DNA of 64,000 nucleotides from a virus. Its lineage: Duplodnaviria > Caudoviricetes. The translations under genes and the position numbers were made by a program. Positions 37,733 to 46,800 of the stretch are shown in pieces. Positions within the stretch are counted from its first letter, which is position 1; every line of letters starts with the position of its first letter. The notes under the pieces are model-generated. The model was not told the DNA's origin, searched no databases, and saw only the letters and a list, made by a program, of their open reading frames with translations. Where the stretch lies: IMG/VR virus record IMGVR_UViG_3300032321_001056, positions 1 through 64,000 of that record, one strand, 5' to 3'.

Positions 37733-38034
37733 TCTATCTCCATTCTCTTTTTGGTTTCTTCCACTATGGATTTAAATTTGTCAGTTGATTTCTTATCAAT
37801 CTGAGCTTTCTCTACAAACGCTCTTGATTCTATTGCAAAATCAAAAACCAAGAATGGTCCTGGTCTGCTTTTTATAAAGTTCTCCAGCCCAAGCTTGAGG
37901 TCATCTGTTTTATAAAAGCTAACGAGAGAGTCAGCTACAGCCTCTTGCCTTGGTGAGTCTGGGATAAATAACTTATTCTGCTTTACGCAGAAGCTTTTGA
38001 AGTATTCTATCAGTTCTGTTCCAGTTGCTATCAT
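37729..38034 (-). CDS. hypothetical protein (possible helicase loader)
   Basis: Start moved to MIATGTEL; directly upstream of the helicase. Confidence 0.65.
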   Translation of the reverse strand: MIATGTELIEYFKSFCVKQNKLFIPDSPRQEAVADSLVSFYKTDDLKLGLENFIKSRPGPFLVFDFAIESRAFVEKAQIDKKSTDKFKSIVEETKKRMEIE

Positions 38035-38263
38035 TTTCTTTTTTAGCTTTCTTCCAAGTTGCCAACAGTATATCAAATTCGGAGTAACCACCATTAACGC
38101 CATATATAATTTCTTCACCCCATGCATTAATCAGACATTCTTTTCTGACCTCGCATGATTGGCAAATATTTTTTGCATATTGAACATCCTCATTTTTATA
38201 TGAGAACCAATAAATGCTGTTTTTATCTTCAGCGCAAAGGGCTTTTGTTCTCCAATTTACCAA
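37973..38263 (-). CDS. whiB: WhiB-like protein (second copy, divergent)
   Basis: W...ALC...WF...AKNICQSCEVRKECL...GVNGG. Confidence 0.85.
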   Translation of the reverse strand: MVNWRTKALCAEDKNSIYWFSYKNEDVQYAKNICQSCEVRKECLINAWGEEIIYGVNGGYSEFDILLATWKKAKKENDSNWNRTDRILQKLLRKAE

Positions 38264-38473
38264 TTACTTCTCTGCGTCAAGCTCTTGGAGCTTCGCTTCA
38301 ATTTGTGAGTCAATTGAATCCCACAACTTGCCCCAAGACTTTTCATCATCAATACTGGATGCAATTACTCTTGCACCAGCATCAAGACGAAGTGATTCAT
38401 AGTTACCCAAGTTCTTTGTGATACCAACTGAAGCCCACAATTCAACCTGATTTTCATTTAATGGAGTTGTCAT
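38264..38473 (-). CDS. hypothetical phage protein
   Basis: TKNLGNYESLRLD motif. Confidence 0.75.
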   Translation of the reverse strand: MTTPLNENQVELWASVGITKNLGNYESLRLDAGARVIASSIDDEKSWGKLWDSIDSQIEAKLQELDAEK

Positions 38474-38474
38474 A

Positions 38475-38915
38475 TTACCTTTTTCCTATCTTTATTTTTT
38501 CGGATATTCTAATTACTTTTGCTTGTACATTTATATTCTTGTCTGCAATAGGTCTTCCTGGCGTTCTGCTATTAAAAAAGGATACCATATCATAAACATC
38601 TTGTCTTTCATAGTAGCGCCAGTTTTTATAACTTTCACAAGTTTCACTGAATTTTTTTCCACTAGGGATAAGACCTCTTTTTTCATACTTTCTGATTGTA
38701 TCAGATCGTTTTTCAACTATTTTAGCAATCTCCCCAATTGTATAAATTCTATGCATGATTAGCTCTGCATTTTCATATGGCAAAACCAATTCCTGCTTAG
38801 TTGTTAGATCAGTTACATAGACTTTATTTAAGTTCCTTGTTATTTTTTTTACTTTTACTATGGTATCAGAGTATTTGTAAAATTTATTTAGAACTATTTT
38901 CGTCTGCAAACTCAT
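38475..38915 (-). CDS. MerR-family HTH DNA-binding protein
   Basis: YTIGEIAKIVEKRSDTIRKYEKRGLI...WRYY. Confidence 0.85.
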   Translation of the reverse strand: MSLQTKIVLNKFYKYSDTIVKVKKITRNLNKVYVTDLTTKQELVLPYENAELIMHRIYTIGEIAKIVEKRSDTIRKYEKRGLIPSGKKFSETCESYKNWRYYERQDVYDMVSFFNSRTPGRPIADKNINVQAKVIRISEKIKIGKR

Positions 38916-39111
38916 AACGCTCCTCTATTGTTTTGAAACCTAATGATCTCAAAATTTTATTAAGCTTTCTAACCTCTATATCCCTGCTATCTGCACAATG
39001 AATGCATGTGATATCAACCCAGTTCTTACGCATTGCATAGTACTGAGAGCCAATCATTTTCTTACCACCGCAAAAAGTACATCTAAAGTCTTTTATTTTA
39101 TAAATTAACAT
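38884..39111 (-). CDS. Zn-ribbon protein
   Basis: CTFCGG...CIHC. Confidence 0.75.
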   Translation of the reverse strand: MLIYKIKDFRCTFCGGKKMIGSQYYAMRKNWVDITCIHCADSRDIEVRKLNKILRSLGFKTIEERYEFADENSSK

Positions 39112-40277
39112 CAGTCTAACCAGCAGTTATACTCCGCTGTTACCATTCCTTTCTCTGGGTGAACAAAGTACAATGATTGTGACGGTCTACCAACTGCGGC
39201 TAGCACCTCAGCCGCATATGTGTTTACAGACTCAGGACTGCCAGAGATTCTTAACTGGACAGTATTGAATGTCATCTTAGTTGGTGTATGGAAATGACCA
39301 ATGTAGATATCGTCAAAGTCCTCACTTAGTGCTCCGATCTTCCAGCCATACGCTTTCTTTTGGAAAGAATAGAATGAAGACAAACTACCGAATTGATCGC
39401 CATGACAGAGCATTGCTTTGTAATTACCAATCTTGTCAATTGCGTACCAATGACGCTCTCCACGACCATCAGGAATCTTGAATTCAATTCGCTTTTCATT
39501 CTCAAACATTAATTGAGCAATGCGATAAAGCATTCTATCACCGTTGGTCTCAGGGTCGTGATCTCTTCTCGCTCTACCGCCAATAGAGCCATGATTACCA
39601 ATCACACCAACAAATGTAACTTTTTCAAAGTTTTCAAGCATGATGTTAATAAAGTTCTTAAGAATTCTTGGACCATCAACTGTAATCTGTCTATACAGAC
39701 CACCATCAACTAGGAATGACTGACCTGGGAAGATCAACTCACCTTCAATAATGTCACCCAAAGCCCAAATTCTAAGCTCACGAACTGGGTGGTCTTGTCT
39801 TTGGATTTCAGTAAGATTAATAATCTTCTCAGCAAATTTATAGATTCTTTCTTCACATACTTGTGAATTATAATCAGGAGTAATTTTGGCAAGTTGCCAG
39901 TCAGCAATGACAGCAACAGCTACCTCTTCTCCGCTTTTCTTTTTGCTAAGGACTGGTTTTGGCACTGGCTTATACTTATTATCAGCCATGTCATCTCTTA
40001 CGGCTTGATAAACTGCATTAGCTAAATCATCACTTTTAGTTTTTAGTTTGTTATATTCTTGTTGAAGTCTCATAAATGAAACTCTCAACTCTGGGTCTGA
40101 GACTGGCTGTTCACCAGTAACTGGATCTTTTGGCATTTCAAATAAACCTTTCTGTCGTCTATACTTGCAGATTCCAGTGCTGTCTATTGACTTACGACAG
40201 TCTTTGTCTGCATATTTGTGATTTGCTGTATTTGGTTCAAACTCTTGGTCGCAACCTTTTGCTTCGCATATTTTCAT
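39111..40277 (-). CDS. calcineurin-like metallophosphoesterase with N-terminal Zn finger/coiled coil
   Basis: IADWQ, LGDIIEG, GNHG, HGD, GHFH. Confidence 0.88.
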   Translation of the reverse strand: MKICEAKGCDQEFEPNTANHKYADKDCRKSIDSTGICKYRRQKGLFEMPKDPVTGEQPVSDPELRVSFMRLQQEYNKLKTKSDDLANAVYQAVRDDMADNKYKPVPKPVLSKKKSGEEVAVAVIADWQLAKITPDYNSQVCEERIYKFAEKIINLTEIQRQDHPVRELRIWALGDIIEGELIFPGQSFLVDGGLYRQITVDGPRILKNFINIMLENFEKVTFVGVIGNHGSIGGRARRDHDPETNGDRMLYRIAQLMFENEKRIEFKIPDGRGERHWYAIDKIGNYKAMLCHGDQFGSLSSFYSFQKKAYGWKIGALSEDFDDIYIGHFHTPTKMTFNTVQLRISGSPESVNTYAAEVLAAVGRPSQSLYFVHPEKGMVTAEYNCWLD

Positions 40278-40328
40278 AAGGTTAATTATACACGAAAAAA
40301 ACCTTTTTTTTGAGAAAAGCGGTTTTTC

Positions 40329-40733
40329 TTAAAGTTTGTTTTTCTTGTTTTCTCTTGTTACTTTATTGCGTTCTTTCATATTTGCACGCATTTTGTCACG
40401 ATGTTGTTGAGTAGGTTTTTTACCTTCTCTATGCACAGCACTGTGCTCTGGGACTGTGCAGAGGTAGAAATTTTCTACACGATTATCAACTTTAATTTCA
40501 TTGATATGGTGAACTGTTTCCCAAGGCTCCAGAAGTCTGCCTAAATAGTCTTCCATGACCAATCTATGCTCATAAACATAACCTTTAATATTGCTAGGGT
40601 GTTCTTGTTTTAATACCCTGACATAACCTTTATCGTCAATGTATTTTCCACCGCCATAGTTAGGATTGTGCTCTCCACTAACTGATCTTATTGACCACTC
40701 AATATCTTTTCTTTGAGAGGCTAGTGAACTCAA
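40329..40733 (-). CDS. HNH endonuclease (free-standing)
   Basis: YVYEHRLVME..LGR.L...ETVHHINEIKVDNRVENF. Confidence 0.9.
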   Translation of the reverse strand: MSSLASQRKDIEWSIRSVSGEHNPNYGGGKYIDDKGYVRVLKQEHPSNIKGYVYEHRLVMEDYLGRLLEPWETVHHINEIKVDNRVENFYLCTVPEHSAVHREGKKPTQQHRDKMRANMKERNKVTRENKKNKL

Positions 40734-40735
40734 GT

Positions 40736-41413
40736 TTAGAGACCGCCGCCAATATCTTCAACATACAACTGGCATTTAGATGTGGAGTTAGCAACTACTG
40801 AAATTACTGGGGCATTAGTATCATCAGAACCACCAAACTCCCTAGAGACAGCTGCTGAGAAAGACTGCTGAGAAAGACCGCCACCTGTGTTTAGAACAAA
40901 AGAATACACGCCAGCGCCAATGACATTATGGGATGCATAATTCTTAAAGGTAAGTTGCGAAGCAAGAATCCCCGCATTTGATGAAACATTGTAATAGCTG
41001 TATGCAGGAATTGTAAAATCCCACTGTATTAGCGCAGCAGTGTTTTCGTAGTAGTTACCGCCTTGCACTTGTTGGTATATCTTAAGTGAAACCATTGAGT
41101 CTTCAGCGCCTTGACCGCCTACAATGAAGCCAGGGAAGGAGCAAACAACTCTTACATACCTAGCCTGATCTGCGTTAACTCTTCTATCGGTACCGCCAGC
41201 TGGGTTTGTTAGTGCAATTATTGATTGATTAAGAGCTACAGTATTCGCAATCAATGTTCCGCTAGTTGCTTCAATAAGTTGAATTAAACCGTTAGGTTTG
41301 TTATCGTTAGCATCTCTAACTTGTTCAACATTTAAAGACATCTGAGCAAGACGCTCTGAAGTAAGAGGAGTCCCATCTGACCAAGATACAAATGTGTAAT
41401 TTTCGTAAGCCAT
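40736..41413 (-). CDS. probable minor tail/structural protein
   Basis: WSDGTPLTSERLAQM N-terminus; beta-rich C-terminus; tail-gene context. Confidence 0.6.
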   Translation of the reverse strand: MAYENYTFVSWSDGTPLTSERLAQMSLNVEQVRDANDNKPNGLIQLIEATSGTLIANTVALNQSIIALTNPAGGTDRRVNADQARYVRVVCSFPGFIVGGQGAEDSMVSLKIYQQVQGGNYYENTAALIQWDFTIPAYSYYNVSSNAGILASQLTFKNYASHNVIGAGVYSFVLNTGGGLSQQSFSAAVSREFGGSDDTNAPVISVVANSTSKCQLYVEDIGGGL

Positions 41414-41427
41414 TTATCTATTATATC

Positions 41428-42024
41428 CTATTTTAACCTATCTGGGTAGCTGTACCAGTTGACCACTGCGTACCGCACTCCCTCTGTTACTTCTTTTATA
41501 TTATGATTATAAGCATAAGAGGAGGGGAAGAACAACACATCTCCAGCTTTTGGTTTATGCAGAACATTGAACCCAGGAAATTCAATTTCACCGCCTTGAA
41601 AATCTTCATTAAGGTAGACAATGACTGAAACAGTTCTGTCAAATGTAGGACCATCGTCTTTATGGTTTTTAAAGAACGAACCTTTTTCGTATCTCATAAC
41701 GATCCAGTCATAAACCGATATCAAATCTTCTAAACCGTTCATTCCTCTATACGATTTTAATAACTTACCTATTTCATTATCAAGTATAGTTTTTAACTTA
41801 ACAGAATAATCATCTTTATGACAATTTTTTGAATCAAATAATCCAAAAACATCAGTTTTTCTAATTTCCTCATTAACATCAGGAGAATAACCATCTTGAT
41901 TGAGATTTTTTTTAACTATTGAACCTGCCGTAAATAGTTCACTCAAATCGTTTTTAACAATTGATAAACATTCAGCATGCTTATTAAACTTAAACAATTG
42001 TATTCCATGAGCAAGTTTTTTCAT
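41428..42024 (-). CDS. 2OG-Fe(II) oxygenase (prolyl-4-hydroxylase-like)
   Basis: HKD...RTVSVIVYLNEDFQGGEIEF...HNIKEVTEGVRYAVVNW (HxD...H...R). Confidence 0.92.
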   Translation of the reverse strand: MKKLAHGIQLFKFNKHAECLSIVKNDLSELFTAGSIVKKNLNQDGYSPDVNEEIRKTDVFGLFDSKNCHKDDYSVKLKTILDNEIGKLLKSYRGMNGLEDLISVYDWIVMRYEKGSFFKNHKDDGPTFDRTVSVIVYLNEDFQGGEIEFPGFNVLHKPKAGDVLFFPSSYAYNHNIKEVTEGVRYAVVNWYSYPDRLK

Positions 42025-42028
42025 AAAT

Positions 42029-42253
42029 TTACCATTTACTTAATGGGCACCGAGCATTTTTTAATTTAACTTTTAGAGGCATAAAACAACCACACTCTTT
42101 GCATTGTTTTGTTAATTTAATAAGACTATCGCACTCATTGCACATATTAAGTCTTGACTGCGCTTCATCTTCACTAGTGTAGCTTCCTCTATCAACCAAC
42201 CCTAGAGGTGTAGCAGAAAGCTTCTTTCTATATTCTTGCCAAGGACTAGTCAT
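42029..42253 (-). CDS. small Cys-rich protein
   Basis: CNEC...CKECGCFM..K..L..A.CPL.KW. Confidence 0.8.
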   Translation of the reverse strand: MTSPWQEYRKKLSATPLGLVDRGSYTSEDEAQSRLNMCNECDSLIKLTKQCKECGCFMPLKVKLKNARCPLSKW

Positions 42254-42255
42254 GA

Positions 42256-42477
42256 TTAATCAAAAGGGGGTACAAAATCAATACCGTTATATACAAAACC
42301 AGAGTATACACGATTCTTTTGCTCATTAGTAAGTTTTACGACTTTTGGATCAGATGACCAAGCTGCCGTATATAACTCCAATGATTTTTGAATTGGATAA
42401 ATTACAGCAACTTCATTATCAACAACAAATGCAAAGAATTCAAATTCCTCTGGATTACTTGATGGATTTATAGGCAT
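42256..42477 (-). CDS. hypothetical protein
   Basis: Start moved to MPINPSS, 6 nt after TATACT; FAFVVDNEVAV. Confidence 0.7.
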   Translation of the reverse strand: MPINPSSNPEEFEFFAFVVDNEVAVIYPIQKSLELYTAAWSSDPKVVKLTNEQKNRVYSGFVYNGIDFVPPFD

Positions 42478-42494
42478 GTTTTTAGTATAACAGA

Positions 42495-43895
42495 TTATTT
42501 GAACGATGGTGGACCAAAGAATGTTGGTGGACCAAAGAAAGATGGTGGACCAAAGAAAGATGGAGGTACTGCACCGCAACCAGGACCAGTACAGTCAGAT
42601 ATCATTGTGTCAACACAAGTTCCATCACATGTGCAACCAGCATCGCATGTACGATGTTCCCAAATCTGGAAGCACCCACCACCACCACAATCTGCGGCTA
42701 CTGCATATTGACTTCCAATTGTGCATGTGCTGCATGTAGGGCTTACAACGGTTGTTGTGGTAGTTGGCACAGCATCTTCACTGCACAATGCCCCAGATGC
42801 TCCTTCTCGGCATTCTCCTGGATTATTACAATCATACACAGACCCAATATCCCCAGGTAGACAATACCTAGTCACCGCAGGTGTGCCTACAACAGTAGTT
42901 GTAGGAGGAGTAGATCCACATTCAGCAATACAATACGGAACCCCATCTACGATTGCATAAAGAACACCATCGCTCATTGCAAACTGAAATATTTCAGTAC
43001 CACTAGGAAAAACAATTCCATCCGCACTAATTTCTAATGCAGATTCAATATTATTACTTACTCTATTTCTAAGAGAATACGAGGTATATATACCATTATA
43101 GTTAACTTCTGATGTATAAGATCCATCATAAGAAGCACTAATAAAAACAGCTCCAGATGGATAACCGCCAATACCAGTTCCTGGACCATAGCCTGGACCA
43201 ATGACCATTTCTCCATCGTATCCACCACCGCTAGATAGATCATCTCCATCAACTTCCCAGCCAGCAATTTTTCCACCAGTGGCATAGATATCACCTGTAA
43301 CACTAAAGTTTAAAGTTTCTGGAAACCAATATATACCATTTGTATTTGAACCGACTTTGAAAGTTCCATCGCTATACCAATAATTTTGATCATTAATATA
43401 AACACTATCTGCTATCAAAGTACCTCTGATTGATGTGTTGGCAAAATAAGCATCGCCGTTACTTGATATAACCCACCCAGTAGTTCCAGGGTCTGTTATA
43501 CCTTTTGTGTTGGCATTATAAACACCATTCCAGTTGCCACTTGATATAATGTTATTAACAAGAACAAAATTCCCTGATAGTTTATCTGAGGTGATTGTCC
43601 CAGCGGATATGTTTTCAGCTCTAACTTGATTAGGCAGCAATCTCACCCCAGCAGTAGTTAATACATCTTCTTTTACAATTCTAGCGACAACCTCTTTAAA
43701 CTTTCCATAGTTATTAGCTTGCGGACCATCTTTCCTAGCCTGTGTCCCCAAAAAGTCTGTTGTAAAATCGTAAAGAGAATATTTTGATACATCAATAAGC
43801 GCAGAGGAGATCCCGTCATGGTTATGACCACCATTAAAAAATACAATACTACTTTCAGATACCCCTGCCGATAGCGGCGTTTTGCGCAATACCAT
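42495..43895 (-). CDS. tail fibre-like protein with Cys-rich C-terminus and GPPxFF repeats
   Basis: Start moved to MVLRKTP (TAATG coupling); fibre-like ITSDKLS/GKIAGW segments; about 19 Cys in the C-terminal ~140 aa. Confidence 0.7.
   Translation of the reverse strand: MVLRKTPLSAGVSESSIVFFNGGHNHDGISSALIDVSKYSLYDFTTDFLGTQARKDGPQANNYGKFKEVVARIVKEDVLTTAGVRLLPNQVRAENISAGTITSDKLSGNFVLVNNIISSGNWNGVYNANTKGITDPGTTGWVISSNGDAYFANTSIRGTLIADSVYINDQNYWYSDGTFKVGSNTNGIYWFPETLNFSVTGDIYATGGKIAGWEVDGDDLSSGGGYDGEMVIGPGYGPGTGIGGYPSGAVFISASYDGSYTSEVNYNGIYTSYSLRNRVSNNIESALEISADGIVFPSGTEIFQFAMSDGVLYAIVDGVPYCIAECGSTPPTTTVVGTPAVTRYCLPGDIGSVYDCNNPGECREGASGALCSEDAVPTTTTTVVSPTCSTCTIGSQYAVAADCGGGGCFQIWEHRTCDAGCTCDGTCVDTMISDCTGPGCGAVPPSFFGPPSFFGPPTFFGPPSFK
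42505..42566 (-). repeat. 18-bp tandem coding repeat (GPP[S/T]FF, ~3.5 copies)
   Basis: gatggtggaccaaagaa[a/t] units at 42505, 42523, 42541 and a partial copy at 42559. Confidence 0.9.
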
Positions 43896-46800
43896 TAAAT
43901 AACCTTCCTTATAACCATACTCTGACTTGGCTGTGACCCATAACCTATTTCTGTACTTATCACCCAATAATCACCATTAATTATATCAAAAGAATCCATT
44001 GAAGATATCCGAATTCGGTCCCCTAATTGAATTGTTGGTGTTGGGGTTATAGTAAGATTTAAAACTGGCACTGGATCGCTCATTTTAGATATTAAAAAAT
44101 CAGCAATAGTCTTAGCATGTGCCAAATTTGTTATAAATTCATTCTCAATAACAATTTCTTTCAAACCATAAAGGCGAATATTGTCACTTAATGTGTTAGT
44201 TTGCTCCCTAATGTCATTATTAGTCTGCTGGACAACAATTGGTATTCCAGCAATTGCAGTTACAGACTGTTCATTGTTTAACTCATCAGTCCCCTTTAGC
44301 CAGACTTCTGATGCGTCTGGGGCATACTGAGATGCAGCAACAATTAGATTAGCTTTATACGCATTTGGTTCAAATTTAATAATCTCTACAAGAGCTGGTC
44401 TCTTATTAAAGATTCCAGAAATAAGAGGATTTTGCACTTGATAGGCTGGAGCGGAGTTGTATGTTATCGTATACTGCTGAACTTCTCTAACCAGTGTGTT
44501 AGCAGTGTGAGCAGCAGCTATTGTATTAAAATATGCCCTAGTAAGGGTGTCTAAAGAGTTAGCAGACTTACTCTCGTATCTAATTATTTCATCATCTAAT
44601 TTGACATAACCGCTTTTTGGGAAGTATGGCTTATCAGTTGTCACCATTGGAATTGATGCCGCATTAGACGCAATATTTGCATTTAACTTTCCAACAGCCA
44701 GAGTAGTTCCATCCTCTACAGACCACAGCCCTTGAAGAGCATTATTTTTTGTTGAAACACCAGTTAATTTAACTGTTACCTTGTTAGCTTGCAATTGGAC
44801 ATTATAAGACGCATCAATGATATTTGTATCGTCAGAAAATGTTTTTTGGACACTGGCATGTTGAGCGATTGTGGGCTCAAAGAACCTGTAGTAGTGCTCA
44901 TACCTAGCCTTACCATACTCATCTATATACAGCCGACCAAGATCAGCAAGACTAATTGTATCAATTAATGATTGTATGGTGGTTTCGTTACCATAAATAA
45001 AAGGCATAACAAAAACTGGCTGCATTTGAGTTTCAATATAATGTTTTTTAATTTCTTCGTCAGTCAACATTTTTTTAAATATTGCAAACTCATCAATATA
45101 GAATGATCTAAATGATGCAGGCGGAGTTTCCACAGCAAACTCTTCAAGAGTTTCTGGGGTAAATAGTGCACCTCTCCCGCCTATTGTAAGATCCTTGCCA
45201 GTGTACGGAAGCAGTGTTCCAGTTGTTGTCACTGTATTGGCTAAAGCTCCGTTGATATAATACTTTAAAGTATTGGATTTATAAGTGACACCAATATGAG
45301 TGAATACTGAACTTGACAATGCTGTATTTGATGTGACTGTTGCTGTCCCAGTGCTTGTTTTAAACTTAAACCCATTAGAAGAAGATGTATTAAAAAACTC
45401 AAAACCAGATGTTGAAGTAGCATTTGACCAGTTACTTATGTATTCGCCAGTGCCAGCAAAAGATCCGTTATGGAATTTTGCATAAACTTCAATACTAAAT
45501 TCATTAGTGTAAGAACTGCTAGAGGAGTCAAAGATATCATAAGAGATGTGGTAGGGAACTCTTATATAGGAATTACTTGCGAGCAAGACACTTTTATTCC
45601 CTGGGTCAGACACAACACCGCTCGCTTGCCCAGTTAAAGCAGAGCCAACATACCTGCCATCATTACGATTTGCAACTCTTTCAACAAAATTTCCGCCCGT
45701 ATTTACGCTCCAAGAGCCGCTTGCAAAGTCTAGGTATGTTACATCGCTCTTGCTTCCAATATAATCAAAGCTTGGCATTGTAACACACTCATGTGCCCAC
45801 ACCCAGTCCGCTTCTGCCCCCTCAAATTCTTTTTTCAAGGCGATACCAAAATCGTCAGTTTTATGAAAGAATTCTATTCTGATTTCGTATAGCCTACCCG
45901 CTGTGAGATCCATCTCTTCAGTTTGGAAAGTTGTAGCAACATTGCTCCCTGGATCAACCTCATACCATGAATTTATTTCTGTCATATTTTTATTGAAAAT
46001 CATTCTGACACCGCAGTTTTTAACTTCAAGATTCAATCTGTGGATGCCGCTGCTTGAAGGGATATAATACCCATCAAACACACCATTATAGTAATCAGTT
46101 ATAGTTGAACCGTTAGAAGCTACAAAAGAATCATTTTGATAATTCAAAGCAACTGGCTCTGCTTCACCACCAGGCTGGGTGGAGATAACATTGGATGTAG
46201 AAGTAAAAGAAGGAGATACATATGTAATAATATCTAAAGATATTTCCTCAGCGGAAAGCGCTCTGTCGTTTGCGTCAAGCTTAATGTCTTTAATCGTGTT
46301 CTGCTGCTTCTCTGGGAGAGCAACGAACCTGGCTCTCAAGGAAGGAGAGGGTATCCTTGTGGTACTTGCTCTATCCACTGTATCTTCATCAAACCCAAAG
46401 TGCAAGATTGCATCGTCTTTCTTATATGTCTTTGAAGGTTTTGAGAAATAGTCAATATCTTTTTTTGGGAAATTAGTTCTCAACAAGAGATTATCAACAG
46501 CTTCTGCAATCGTGCTTTCTTGCATAAAATAACCGTTTGTAATCATTTTTTCATTTGTAAATTTATTCCAGTTAGTCAAGCTGGCATTGACAGACATATC
46601 GCTAGAAGATGACTGCCACTCGTCAACATAAAATATTCCACACGGCACATACTCGTATGGATCAAATTGAACAGTCTCACCAATGGTGTGATCTGAGGCT
46701 TCTGTGTCTCCAAAGCCTCTTTCAACAACAGTGAGGGTGTTGTATGAATCTTTATAACACAGGACTCTCTCCTGTGTTGTTGTCCCAGGATTTATGGTCA

